From Gammaproteobacteria bacterium (lineage in GTDB: Bacteria; Pseudomonadota; Gammaproteobacteria; SZUA-229), in contig JAUVDN010000002.1 in assembly GCA_030595325.1 (NCBI GenBank), forward strand, positions 705 to 64,704: a stretch of 64,000 nt of DNA. The letters run 5' to 3'. Below, one piece after another: positions 8,607 to 18,377 of the stretch. Below the pieces are notes generated by a model. It had not been told where the DNA came from, did no database searches, and worked only from the letters and a program-made list of their open reading frames with translations. Both the position numbers and the translations under genes were made by a program. Position 1 is the stretch's first letter, and every line of letters starts with the position of its first letter.

Positions 8607-9149
8607 TTACTCTTTAGCTTTAAACAAACTTGCGTATTTTTCATAGCCTTCAGTTTTTAACTCTTCTTTTGGCACAAAACGTAACGAAGCGGAGTTAATG
8701 CAGTATCGTAAGCCTGAAGGTTCCGGTCCATCACTAAATACATGGCCTAAGTGTGAGTTGGCATTAGCACTGCGTACTTCAGTACGAGGAAAGATTAAAT
8801 AATAATCCGTTTTTTCTGCGACATTAGCTGATTCCAGTGGCTTATAAAAACTGGGCCAACCGGTTCCAGATTTAAATTTATGTGTTGAAGAAAAAAGCGG
8901 TTCACCGCTTACGACATCGACGTAGATGCCGTCTCTCTTTTCATCCCAGTATTCGTTGCTAAACGGGCGTTCAGTATCATCATTTTGGGTAACAGAATAT
9001 TGTAACGGTGTCAGCTGTTGTTTTAATTCTGAATCTGTCGGTATTATGTAATTACTCAATGAATTTTCTTGTTTGCTGCTGTCGCTGAATGCGTTAGACA
9101 TGCTCAGTACAGATACCATGCAGGTGAGTACAAGAATTAGTTTTTTCAT
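8607..9149 (-). CDS. msrB: Peptide-methionine (R)-S-oxide reductase MsrB, secreted, non-zinc form
   Basis: Signal peptide plus the MsrB core (SGTGWPSF...[10 protein letters not shown]...[11 protein letters not shown]). Both CxxC zinc-binding pairs are replaced (VSGE and SANAN). Confidence 0.8.
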   Translation of the reverse strand: MKKLILVLTCMVSVLSMSNAFSDSSKQENSLSNYIIPTDSELKQQLTPLQYSVTQNDDTERPFSNEYWDEKRDGIYVDVVSGEPLFSSTHKFKSGTGWPSFYKPLESANVAEKTDYYLIFPRTEVRSANANSHLGHVFSDGPEPSGLRYCINSASLRFVPKEELKTEGYEKYASLFKAKE

Positions 9150-9302
9150 AGTTTGCCTGTCGGAGGTTTAAATTGGTTACCGTGTGTGACAGCTAATGGG
9201 ATGAAAAGTTTCGGATATCACTCTGTCTTTAAATATGTGCTGATGACGTAAATTTCAGTTTTACGCGGGGAGTGTTGCAGGCTGGGGTATTCGACAGAAA
9301 AA

Positions 9303-9389
9303 TGGTACCGGAGGCCGGACTTGAACCGGCACTCTATTGCTAGAACGGGATTTTGAATCCCGCGTGTCTACCAATTCCACCACTCCGGC
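9303..9389 (-). tRNA. tRNA-Leu (anticodon CAA)
   Basis: The reverse complement reads GCCGGAGTGGTGGAATTGGTAGACACGCGGGATTCAAAATCCCG...GGTTCAAGTCCGGCCTCCGGTACCA. This gives a cloverleaf with a long variable arm, anticodon loop TTCAAAA and a 3' CCA. Confidence 0.85.
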
Positions 9390-9468
9390 ATGCTTCGAGG
9401 TGTTAGTGCAGCGCGAATTCTATAGTAAATAACGCTGTGTTAATAGCAGTTATGGCCAATTTGTACGG

Positions 9469-9771
9469 CTATTTTGGAAAGACTTTTTTAAATGGTTTGA
9501 CGGTTACCTTATCGTAAACACCGGCAGCGACATACGGGTCAACATCTGCCCAGCTTGTGGCATCTTCTAAATTATCAAATTCAGCAACCACCAGACTGCC
9601 GCTAAAACCAGATTCACCGGGATCTTCACTGTCAATGGCAGGGTGAGGGCCAGCGAGAATTAAACGTCCTTGTTCCTGCAGAGCGGTCAGGCGTTCCAGA
9701 TGTTCAGGTCTGGCTGCCAGTCTATCTTGCAGACTGTTGGCAACGTCTTGTGCAATGATTGCATATAACAT
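9469..9771 (-). CDS. YciI-family protein
   Basis: About 100 aa with YciI-like size and pattern. It is adjacent to yciB, as in enterobacteria. Confidence 0.5.
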   Translation of the reverse strand: MLYAIIAQDVANSLQDRLAARPEHLERLTALQEQGRLILAGPHPAIDSEDPGESGFSGSLVVAEFDNLEDATSWADVDPYVAAGVYDKVTVKPFKKVFPK

Positions 9772-10448
9772 TATGCTTTATCTCCATTGTCATCCAAATC
9801 TTTAGTGTCGTCGTCTTTCCCTTTTAAGTCATCTTCAGAGATGTGGCGTGACAGATATAACGCCTGCAGGATAACAAAACCAATAGTGAGTCCCATCAAG
9901 CCGAATAGTTTGAAATTAACCCAGGTATCCATTCTGGCTTCTGGTGTTGCACCGACGTTGTAGTAAAAAGCAACATATAAGTTTGCCGCACCACTGATAA
10001 AAAAGAAGGTGACCCAGGAGAGGTTTAACGTTGACCAGACTTTTTCAGGTAGCTCAATGTGCTCCCCCATCATACGTTGAATAATGGGTCTTTCGCCAAC
10101 GTGCATACTGCCAAGAAAAACACCGGCAAATAACCAGTTCAGTACTGTCGGTTTCCATTGAATAAATGCAGGGTTGCCAAAAAAGATGGTGATACTGCCG
10201 AGTACGGTAATCAGTACCAATGAAAAAATATGCATACGTTCAAATTTGTGTGTTTTGAACCAATGCACGCCGACCTGAATAAAGCTGGCAAGGATGGCCA
10301 TACCGGTTGCAACGATAGTGGCGGCGATAAAATCTGGCTTTGCTGGGTCAATCAGTTGACCGATAAAAGTATTATCAATTAGAAAACTTGCCTGATAATA
10401 ACTAACAAAGAATAGAATAATTGGAAAAAAATCAAATAGTAACTTCAT
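9771..10448 (-). CDS. yciB: Intracellular septation protein A (YciB)
   Basis: [17 protein letters not shown]...[24 protein letters not shown]...VNFKLFG parallels E. coli YciB (MKQFLDFLPLVVFF...[25 protein letters not shown]...VNFKVFG). An extra internal insertion and an acidic tail are present. Confidence 0.8.
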   Translation of the reverse strand: MKLLFDFFPIILFFVSYYQASFLIDNTFIGQLIDPAKPDFIAATIVATGMAILASFIQVGVHWFKTHKFERMHIFSLVLITVLGSITIFFGNPAFIQWKPTVLNWLFAGVFLGSMHVGERPIIQRMMGEHIELPEKVWSTLNLSWVTFFFISGAANLYVAFYYNVGATPEARMDTWVNFKLFGLMGLTIGFVILQALYLSRHISEDDLKGKDDDTKDLDDNGDKA

Positions 10449-10521
10449 TATCTTAATGTGTTTTATTGGCTTGGTGTTAGCCTTGCTGTTTATCGAAGGC
10501 TGGCATTATACCGAACTTCGT

Positions 10522-10658
10522 TAATGAATAATGAATAATGAGCAGTGAAGAATAGAAAGAATTTTTATCGCTGGTTTTACATAATTTGTTATTGGTAAAA
10601 TATCAGTAAGTGATATTTTTGTTTTTAATTGTTAATTATTCACTATTCATTTTTCATT
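10522..10658. repeat. Second copy of the AATGAATAATGAATA palindromic element (forward arm 10522..10554, inverted arm 10634..10658) in the yciB / yciO divergent promoter region
   Basis: The arms read aatgaataatgaataatgagcagtgaagaatag and aattattcactattcatttttcatt. Confidence 0.7.
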
Positions 10659-10686
10659 AATTTTTCACAACGTGTAAAATTCCCCC

Positions 10687-11304
10687 ATGAGTCAGTATTT
10701 TGAAATCCATCCGGAAAATCCACAAAAGCGTCTAATAAAACAAGCGGTAGATATTATTCATAAGGGTGGGGTGATTGTCTATCCAACGGATTCCAGCTAC
10801 GCACTGGGCTGTCATATCGGCGATAAAAACGCGGTTGAGCGGCTACGGCGGATTCGACAGATTGATGATAAACATAACTTAACGCTGGTCTGTCGTGATC
10901 TGTCTGAAATTGCGACCTATGCAAAAATTGAAAATACGGATTATCGTCTGCTCAAGTCATTAACACCGGGTCCATATACCTTCATCCTTCCTGCGACTAG
11001 CGAGGTTCCTCGTCGTTTGATGCACCCGAAGCGCAGACATATCGGGCTACGTGTTATGAATCATCCGGTGGTGAACGAGCTGCTTGATGAACTGGGTCAG
11101 CCGTTGATTAGCTGTACTCTGGTGATGCCGGGCGAGGAATTGCCGGTTACTGAGGCCGAAGATGTCCGTTCCATGCTGGAAAAGCATGTTGACCTGATTA
11201 TCGATGGTGGTCATTGCGGTATCGAACCAACCACGGTAATTCGATTGACCGATGGTATCCCTGATATCAGGCGTCATGGTAAGGGTAAAGACCATGGGCT
11301 TTAA
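10687..11304 (+). CDS. yciO: YrdC/Sua5-family L-threonylcarbamoyladenylate synthase paralog YciO
   Basis: [53 protein letters not shown] is near-identical in pattern to E. coli YciO ([42 protein letters not shown]...). Confidence 0.85.
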   Translation: [205 protein letters not shown]

Positions 11305-11317
11305 ACAGCCCATGGTC

Positions 11318-11342
11318 AATGAATAATGAAAAGTGAATAATT
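11318..11342. repeat. Solo arm of the same element (AATGAATAATGAAAAGTGAATAATT) downstream of yciO. It is preceded by a perfect 9-bp hairpin ACCATGGGC-tttaaaca-GCCCATGGT (11291..11316) spanning the stop codon.
   Basis: Direct reading. Confidence 0.7.
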
Positions 11343-11530
11343 AAAAAACTCCAGCTAGAACAGTAGGTCAGCATAAGCGGTAGCGTTGCTGGCGATGGTG
11401 TGCAGCATGACGATGCCTGAAATGGCAGAGCCTTAATTCAGGCCTGCAATTTTTAACTGCTCAAACTTATTTTTAAGGTGTAAACTGCGCCCTGTAAAAT
11501 AATTAACAACAAGTTTCTTTATACTATTAG

Positions 11531-12184
11531 ATGTCTTCAATCCCTGATATTGCCTATACCATCGCTGTTTGGGCTGCTCCTATATTATTTGCTATCACTT
11601 TGCATGAAGCGGCGCATGGCTGGGTTGCCAATAAGTTAGGTGACCCCACAGCAAAAAATCTGGGGAGAATTACGATAAACCCTATAAAACATATCGATCC
11701 CATGGGGACGGTAGTTGTACCGCTATTTCTAGCGATGGTGAGCCCGTTTGTTATGGGGTGGGCAAAACCCGTTCCGGTGCAACCTCGTTACTTTAAATCA
11801 CCGCTGCTAGACATGGCGCTGGTTGCTGTAGCTGGCCCTGTATCAAATTTTGTCATGGCTTGCATCTGGGCAATGCTCGTCAAGCTGGCCTATATGTCTT
11901 TGGATCACTCACCATTGCTGACTTTCCTGACCGAGATGTGCAGGAACGGTATTATTATTAATATCGTGCTGATGGTGCTGAACTTGCTTCCGATTCCGCC
12001 TTTAGATGGTGGCCGGGTGGTCGCGGGTATCTTGCCCAAGCCTATACTGGCGCCTTACATGCAGCTGGAACGCTATGGCATGATTATTATATTGTTGTTA
12101 CTTGTTAGTGGTTTACTCGGTAAGGTATTGTGGCCATTGGTGCAGCATTTCGTCAAACTGGTTGGTTTTATTTTTGGACTTTAA
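11531..12184 (+). CDS. Site-2 protease family (peptidase M50) membrane metalloprotease
   Basis: An HEAAHG HExxH motif sits in the first TM helix. The protein is multi-pass hydrophobic and has an LLPIPPLDGG motif. Confidence 0.7.
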   Translation: MSSIPDIAYTIAVWAAPILFAITLHEAAHGWVANKLGDPTAKNLGRITINPIKHIDPMGTVVVPLFLAMVSPFVMGWAKPVPVQPRYFKSPLLDMALVAVAGPVSNFVMACIWAMLVKLAYMSLDHSPLLTFLTEMCRNGIIINIVLMVLNLLPIPPLDGGRVVAGILPKPILAPYMQLERYGMIIILLLLVSGLLGKVLWPLVQHFVKLVGFIFGL

Positions 12185-12212
12185 AATAGATTTTAATGAG
12201 GGTTAGAGCGTC

Positions 12213-13430
12213 TTGAATACAGTAGTTACTCAACATAAACGTGTGTTATCAGGCATGCGACCGACAGGTCGTTTGCACCTGGGGCATTATCATGGTGTGC
12301 TGAAAAACTGGGTAAAGTTACAGCATGAATATGAATGTTTCTTTTTTGTAGCTGACTGGCATGCCTTAACCACGCACTACGAAGACCCGTCGATTATCGA
12401 GCAAAGCACCTGGGAAATGGTAGTCGACTGGCTGGCTGCTGGTATCAGCCCAGGCTCGGCTAAATTGTTTTTGCAGTCTAAAGTGCCTGAGCATGCTGAG
12501 TTGCATACATTATTATCGATGATCACGCCGCTGAGCTGGTTGGAGCGGGTGCCAACCTATAAAGATCAACAGGCAAAGCTCAAAGAAAAGGATCTGGCAA
12601 CGTATGGCTTTCTGGGCTACCCCTTACTGCAGAGTGCAGATATTCTGGTCTATAAAGCAGGAATGGTACCTGTCGGTGAGGATCAGGTGGCTCATGTTGA
12701 ACTAACTCGTGAAGTGGCTCGCCGGTTTAATCACCTTTATGGTCGCGAGCCGGGCTTTAAAGAAAAAGCCAAACAGGCAGCAGCCAAGATGGGCAAGAAA
12801 AATGCCCGTATGTTTTTTCAGTACAGAAAAAGTTATCAGGAACAAGGTGATGCAGAGGCGTTAAGTGTGGCAAAAGCCTTGCTCGATTCACAGCAAAATA
12901 TTTCGATAGGCGATAAAGAGCGGTTATTCGGTTATCTGGAAGGCTCGGGTAAAATAATTTTGCCGGAGCCACAGGCATTGTTAACCCCTGCATCTAAAAT
13001 GCCTGGTCTGGACGGTCAAAAAATGTCCAAGTCATATAATAATACCATCGCATTGCGCGATGATATGGACACTGTTGCCAACAAATTGCGCACTATGCCG
13101 ACGGATCCTGCAAGAGTGCGACGCACTGATCCGGGTGACCCGAAAAAATGCCCAGTGTGGAAATTTCATGAAGTTTATTCTAACGATGAAACACGTGACT
13201 GGGTGAAAAATGGCTGCACCAGTGCTTCCATTGGCTGTGTAGAGTGCAAGCAGCCGGTCATTGACGCGGTGATCGCCGAATTGAAACCCATGCAGGAACG
13301 GGCGAAAGAATATGAAGATGATATCACTACGGTAAAAGCTATCATTGAAGAAGGAAATGAAGCCGCAAGAGAGGTTGCTCGTGATACACTGGAAGACGTC
13401 AGAAAAGCGATGGGCATCGCTTACATATAA
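12213..13430 (+). CDS. trpS: Tryptophan--tRNA ligase (long form)
   Basis: Class I HIGH-like motif (GRLHLGHYHG) and a KMSKS motif are present. The TrpRS-specific pattern is GMRPTG...GHY.G. Confidence 0.85.
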   Translation: MNTVVTQHKRVLSGMRPTGRLHLGHYHGVLKNWVKLQHEYECFFFVADWHALTTHYEDPSIIEQSTWEMVVDWLAAGISPGSAKLFLQSKVPEHAELHTLLSMITPLSWLERVPTYKDQQAKLKEKDLATYGFLGYPLLQSADILVYKAGMVPVGEDQVAHVELTREVARRFNHLYGREPGFKEKAKQAAAKMGKKNARMFFQYRKSYQEQGDAEALSVAKALLDSQQNISIGDKERLFGYLEGSGKIILPEPQALLTPASKMPGLDGQKMSKSYNNTIALRDDMDTVANKLRTMPTDPARVRRTDPGDPKKCPVWKFHEVYSNDETRDWVKNGCTSASIGCVECKQPVIDAVIAELKPMQERAKEYEDDITTVKAIIEEGNEAAREVARDTLEDVRKAMGIAYI

Positions 13431-13441
13431 AAATAGCGCTT

Positions 13442-14404
13442 TTGATAAGCGGTTATGGTGAACAACTGAGTAATATGGCTAATCCAGATATACAGGAAAC
13501 CCAGCGACAAGAACAGCTGGAGAAGCAGGCTGACAGCGCTCAAGCTGAACAACAGCAGGGAAAAGTAACTAAAAAGGATGAGATTGCGGCACAGGTTTCC
13601 GGTCAGGGCGAGATGCCGTTTGCATTAATTCAGGGCGAACCACTAACCGTTATTCCGCAAGATCTGTATATCCCACCGAATGCTCTGGAAGTTATTCTTG
13701 AAGCGTTCGAAGGCCCTTTAGATTTACTTCTGTACCTGATTAAACGTCAGAATATCGATATTCTTGAGATTCCACTGGAAGATACCACTCGTCAGTACAT
13801 GCAGTACATCGACCTGATGCAGAACTTAAAGATCGAGCTGGCATCAGAGTATCTGTTGATGGCGGCCATGCTTGCAGAAATTAAATCTCGCATGTTGTTG
13901 CCAAGGCCTGCTGAAAGTGAAGATGAAGATGATCCACGTGCTGAATTGATTCGTCGTTTACAGGAATATGAACGATTTAAAGAAGCTGCACAGAATATTG
14001 ACGAGTTGCCACGTGTAAATCGTGAAATACACCTAACTAATGTCGAGCTTCCTGAAATACATCAGGATAAACCGATGCCAGAAGTAGATTTGCGAGACCT
14101 GCTGTTTGCGTTTAAAGATGCAATGGGTCGTGCAGAAATGTACAGTCACCATCATATTCAACGTGAAGCTTTATCGGTGCGTGAACGCATGAGTAGTGTG
14201 CTTGATGCTATCAGTGCAGATGGATTTACCAGTTACACCAGCTTGTTCAGCATTGAAGAAGGACGCCGTGGCGTGGTGGTAACTTTGCTGGCGGTACTAG
14301 AACTGGTGAAAGAGCAGTTGATTGATCTTGTGCAATCAGAAGCCTTTGCACCTATTCATTTAAAAGCAGTTGGTTCTGAAAATGCGTTACCCAATGATAG
14401 TTAA
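13442..14404 (+). CDS. scpA: Segregation and condensation protein A (ScpA kleisin)
   Basis: LEVILEAFEGPLDLLLYLIKRQNIDILEIPL is the ScpA N-terminal signature. The true start may be the downstream Met at about 13475 (MANPDIQ). Confidence 0.8.
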   Translation: MISGYGEQLSNMANPDIQETQRQEQLEKQADSAQAEQQQGKVTKKDEIAAQVSGQGEMPFALIQGEPLTVIPQDLYIPPNALEVILEAFEGPLDLLLYLIKRQNIDILEIPLEDTTRQYMQYIDLMQNLKIELASEYLLMAAMLAEIKSRMLLPRPAESEDEDDPRAELIRRLQEYERFKEAAQNIDELPRVNREIHLTNVELPEIHQDKPMPEVDLRDLLFAFKDAMGRAEMYSHHHIQREALSVRERMSSVLDAISADGFTSYTSLFSIEEGRRGVVVTLLAVLELVKEQLIDLVQSEAFAPIHLKAVGSENALPNDS

Positions 14405-14475
14405 AGCGATAGTTAAATCTACTTGTTAAGTAGAGTGTTAATTAGGCAACAACCATTTAGAAAATAATTATTAAT

Positions 14476-14550
14476 ACAGAATAATTAAAGCAGCAATAAT
14501 TAAAACAGCAGTAATTAAAACAGCAATAATTAAAACAGCAATAATTAAGA
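14476..14550. repeat. 15-bp tandem repeat (CAGCAATAATTAAAA) x5 between scpA and scpB
   Basis: Direct reading. The units differ by single substitutions. Confidence 0.8.
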
Positions 14551-14590
14551 AAGCAACAACCGCCGAACTTAAAAAGCTTGAGGCTATGTC

Positions 14591-15433
14591 ATGGAAATAA
14601 AAAAACTTAAAAATATTCTTGAAGCAGTACTGCTGGCAGCTGAACGCACTTTAACCGTAATTCAATTAGAAGCATTATTTGAACTTGATGAAGAGCGCCC
14701 GACTCGTGATGAAGTGCGTAAAGCACTACATGAGATGGAAGAAGATTTTGCACCCCGTGGCTTTGAATTAAAACATGTAGCAAGTGGTTACCGTTTACAG
14801 GTGAAGCAGGAATTTGCTACCTGGGTTGGCCGTCTATGGGAAGAAAAGCCAGCGCGTTACACCAGGGCGTTATTAGAAACGATGGCGTTGATTGCATACC
14901 GTCAACCGATTACACGTGGTGAAATCGAAGAAGTCCGTGGCGTAAGTGTTAGTTCTAATATTATTAAAACCTTACTCGAGCGTGACTGGATTAAAGTGCT
15001 GGGTCATAAAGATGTTCCTGGAAAACCTACGCTATACGGAACAACAAAAGAATTTTTGGATTATTTCAATCTGCAAAAACTGGATGAATTGCCAACACTG
15101 GCTGAGATAAAAGACCTGGACAGTATTCATCCGGAACTAGAACTTGATGAAGATGTTGCAGCTAAAGATTCTGATGGTGCTGACACTGATGAATCAGGAG
15201 CCAATGACTCGGAAGTTAATGATGAAGCGGCGAACGATTCTGCAATGGGCGCGGATGATAAGAAACAGGTCGAAGCAGGCGAAGAGATTAATTCTGCAGA
15301 CGATGTTGTTGATGCAGTTGAAGCGGTATCTGCAGACGTATCTTCAGAAGCAGGTCAGTCACATACTTCTGAAGAAAAATCTGAGATTGATAACGCTATC
15401 GAAGAATCGGAAAAAGCAGCGTTCAACGTATAA
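14591..15433 (+). CDS. scpB: Segregation and condensation protein B (ScpB) with acidic C-terminal tail
   Basis: A winged-helix ScpB pattern (LEAVLLAAERTLTV..L....YRLQVKQEFA) follows scpA. Confidence 0.8.
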   Translation: MEIKKLKNILEAVLLAAERTLTVIQLEALFELDEERPTRDEVRKALHEMEEDFAPRGFELKHVASGYRLQVKQEFATWVGRLWEEKPARYTRALLETMALIAYRQPITRGEIEEVRGVSVSSNIIKTLLERDWIKVLGHKDVPGKPTLYGTTKEFLDYFNLQKLDELPTLAEIKDLDSIHPELELDEDVAAKDSDGADTDESGANDSEVNDEAANDSAMGADDKKQVEAGEEINSADDVVDAVEAVSADVSSEAGQSHTSEEKSEIDNAIEESEKAAFNV

Positions 15434-15499
15434 TTACGTTATCTAGTCAGACGCTATTGTTTTAATCACTGTTACTAAAAAAATGATCAAGTCCCTCTG

Positions 15500-16438
15500 A
15501 TGTCTGAAAAACACATTCCACCTGATAACGAAAAAGGAGAGCGCATTCAAAAGGCGCTGGCACGTATGGGTTACGGTTCGCGCCGTGAGATCGAGCGCTT
15601 AATTGGGGAAAATAAAATACGTATTAATGGTCAACCTGCTAAATTAGGTGACCATGTAAAAGCAGGTGACAAAGTTAATATCGGCAATCGTCGTGCTGTC
15701 ATCAGTTCCGAAGTCAATCGGATCCGTGTTCTTATCTACAACAAGCCTGAGGGTGAAATCTGTACTCAAAAAGATGAACAGGGACGAAAGACTGTTTTTG
15801 AGAGCATTGGAAAAATAAATAATGGTCGTTGGATCAGTGTTGGCCGTCTTGATATTAATTCCAGTGGTTTATTATTGTTTACCAATTATGGCGAGTTAGC
15901 GAATCATCTGATGCATCCATCGAGTGAAATAGAGCGCGAATATGCGGTAAGAGTTAATGGCGTGGTAACGGATGATGCGGTAAAGAACTTATTGAAAGGT
16001 GTCGAACTCGAAGATGGTTTTTCTAAATTTGACACCATTACCGACAGTGGTGGGCAAGGTGCAAACCATTGGTATCATGTTACCCTGAAAGAAGGAAAGA
16101 ACCGGGAAGTGCGACGTCTCTGGCAATCGCAGGATGTAAGAGTCAGCCGCTTAACACGTGTGCGATATGCAAATCTGTCGTTACCACGTACATTAAAAGT
16201 AGGCAGAAAAGTTGAGTTGTCACTGGATGAAGTAAAATCCTTGTTTGAATTTGTGAAGCTGGATTGGCCGGAGTCTCGTGACGAAAAATCCAAGGAATTA
16301 AGAAACAAAGCTAAAAAAACATCGATAAAGCAGCATCTATATGGCAATCAATCGCAGCCTAAATCTACGGGTAGCAGAAATAAAGCCGGCTTGAGAAAGA
16401 AGCCAAAGTCAGTACAATCTAAAGCTAAGAAGAAGTAA
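15500..16438 (+). CDS. rluB: 23S rRNA pseudouridine(2605) synthase
   Basis: Collinear with E. coli RluB (KALARMGYGSRREIERLI, VGRLDINSSGLLLFT, REYAVRV, RLTRVRY) plus a basic C-terminal tail. Confidence 0.9.
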   Translation: MSEKHIPPDNEKGERIQKALARMGYGSRREIERLIGENKIRINGQPAKLGDHVKAGDKVNIGNRRAVISSEVNRIRVLIYNKPEGEICTQKDEQGRKTVFESIGKINNGRWISVGRLDINSSGLLLFTNYGELANHLMHPSSEIEREYAVRVNGVVTDDAVKNLLKGVELEDGFSKFDTITDSGGQGANHWYHVTLKEGKNREVRRLWQSQDVRVSRLTRVRYANLSLPRTLKVGRKVELSLDEVKSLFEFVKLDWPESRDEKSKELRNKAKKTSIKQHLYGNQSQPKSTGSRNKAGLRKKPKSVQSKAKKK

Positions 16439-16521
16439 ACAATGTGAAATAAACGTAGTTTCAACATACGTTGTATATTGTATATCTTGTCTATCTAATC
16501 AACTAAATTCTTGGAGAAAAT

Positions 16522-17568
16522 ATGAAAACAATTAATGTTTTAGTTTTTGTATTCCTCGTTTCACTGTGTAACCCGACTGTTGTAATTGCTAAGTCTGAGG
16601 GTGAGTTAAGTGCTGGCATGGTGAATCCAGGCCATGAAGAGCACCCGTCCTGGTTCAAGGTGTCCTTCCTCGATCTATTCGAAGATGTCGAGGATGCAGC
16701 AGATAATAATAAGCGTTTGATGATCTATTATTATCAGGATGGTTGCCCATACTGTAAAAAACTTCTGCAAGATAATTTTTCTCAGCGAAAGATATCTGAT
16801 AAAGCTAAAAAATATTTTGACGTGGTATCGATAAATCTTTGGGGTGATAAAGAAGTTACTGTTGGTGATAAAACTTATACTGAAAAAGAGTTTGCTGAAG
16901 CGCTAAAGGTTCAATATACCCCGACACTATTATTTTTTGATGAAAACAAAAAAATAATCTTCCGTGCAAATGGTTATTACCCGCCTGAAAAATTTAGTGC
17001 ATTACTAGATTATACCGGTAGCAAGAAAAATGCCGAGTCAAGTTATCAGGCGTATATGGCTAAGGTGAGTCCGCAGCCTTCAACAGGACGTCTTCATGAT
17101 GATATCAATAGTGTTTTATCAGTATCTGACCTGTCCAGTGCAGGGTCAGTAAATAAAAATAAGTATACACTGGTCATGTTTGAACAGAAAAAATGTAATA
17201 CCTGTGATGAGCTTCACCTTGATATCTTAAAGCGAAGAGAGAGTGTTGATTTGTTAGCAAGGTTTAATGTGGCGGTCGTTGACATGTGGTCTAATAAATC
17301 CGTTATCACACCATCGGGTGAAAAGTTAAAGCTACAGGAATGGGCTAAAAAACTAGATATTAAATATGCACCAAGTTTAGTGTTTTTTGATGATATGGGT
17401 ACTGAGGTGTTTCGAGCAGATGCCTATCTGAAAGCTTTTCACACGCAATCTGTTATGGATTATGTATCTACCGGTACATATAAAACACAGAGTAATTTTC
17501 AGCGTTATATTGATAAACGCGCCGATCATCTGCGTGAGCAGGGAATTGAAGTCAACCTGATGGAATAA
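16522..17568 (+). CDS. Secreted protein with two thioredoxin-like domains (CPYC and CNTC motifs)
   Basis: Signal peptide, YYQDGCPYCKKL (glutaredoxin-type CPYC) and a second FEQKKCNTCDELH CxxC motif. Confidence 0.5.
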   Translation: MKTINVLVFVFLVSLCNPTVVIAKSEGELSAGMVNPGHEEHPSWFKVSFLDLFEDVEDAADNNKRLMIYYYQDGCPYCKKLLQDNFSQRKISDKAKKYFDVVSINLWGDKEVTVGDKTYTEKEFAEALKVQYTPTLLFFDENKKIIFRANGYYPPEKFSALLDYTGSKKNAESSYQAYMAKVSPQPSTGRLHDDINSVLSVSDLSSAGSVNKNKYTLVMFEQKKCNTCDELHLDILKRRESVDLLARFNVAVVDMWSNKSVITPSGEKLKLQEWAKKLDIKYAPSLVFFDDMGTEVFRADAYLKAFHTQSVMDYVSTGTYKTQSNFQRYIDKRADHLREQGIEVNLME

Positions 17569-17624
17569 TTAATGAATCTACAGATGAACCAATTTTTGCA
17601 TCAATTTATGGGCTAAGACGAACG

Positions 17625-18377
17625 ATGAATGGCTCGCTTCAAACTATACCGTTATTAAATTTATCTATTGCTTTTATTCCTGCATTAATCGCTATTGGAA
17701 TACTTTTTAAGTGGTCGCTTAATTCCAAAAATGCGCTGTATGCTGTTTTAAGAATGCTGACTCAGCTGTTGCTTATCGGCTACTTTCTGGGTTATATCTT
17801 TGATTCTGACAGTGCTGGAGTTGTACTCATCGTACTGGCTGTAATGATATTTGTCTCCAGCTGGATAGCGTTAGGCGTGGTACCTAAACAAAGGTTTCGC
17901 TTGTATAAGTATTCCTTGATTGCTATTGCACTAGGTGGCGGATTTACCTTGTTACTGGTCACGCAAGGGGTGCTAGCACTGGACCCCTGGTATTCACCGC
18001 AGTCTTTTATTCCTATAGCAGGCATGATATTTGCTAATTCGATGAATAGCGTTAGTTTGGCTGCAGAACGGTTGCTTTCAGAGCTAAATCGGGGTGTTAG
18101 CTATGATGATGCTAGAAATATTGCATTGCAATCTTCACTCATACCGGTGATTAACTCGTTGTTTGCTGTGGGCCTTGTGTCGTTGCCGGGTATGATGACG
18201 GGGCAGATTTTATCGGGTATTTCACCTATGATAGCTGCGCGTTATCAGATTATGGTTATGTGTATGATCCTGGGCTCTGCAGGCATAGCAACCGCCTATT
18301 TCCTCGTTCTGATAAAACCCATGGTGGAGAAATCACAGCGAGCTGTTGAGGATAGTTTAATTGATGCTATCGACTAG
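17625..18377 (+). CDS. FetB/YbbM-family (UPF0014) ABC-type permease
   Basis: Polytopic membrane protein with LTQLLLIGYFLGYIF resembling FetB IQLIIVGYVLKYIF. No cognate ATPase gene is adjacent. Confidence 0.55.
   Translation: MNGSLQTIPLLNLSIAFIPALIAIGILFKWSLNSKNALYAVLRMLTQLLLIGYFLGYIFDSDSAGVVLIVLAVMIFVSSWIALGVVPKQRFRLYKYSLIAIALGGGFTLLLVTQGVLALDPWYSPQSFIPIAGMIFANSMNSVSLAAERLLSELNRGVSYDDARNIALQSSLIPVINSLFAVGLVSLPGMMTGQILSGISPMIAARYQIMVMCMILGSAGIATAYFLVLIKPMVEKSQRAVEDSLIDAID

Noticed and set aside
9303-9389. tRNA-Leu as the attachment site of the MoxR/VWA island
   Set aside because: No integrase is adjacent to the tRNA. Conserved core genes (yffB, dapD, dapC) lie between the tRNA and the recombinase. 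I could not verify any direct repeat of the tRNA 3' end by eye.
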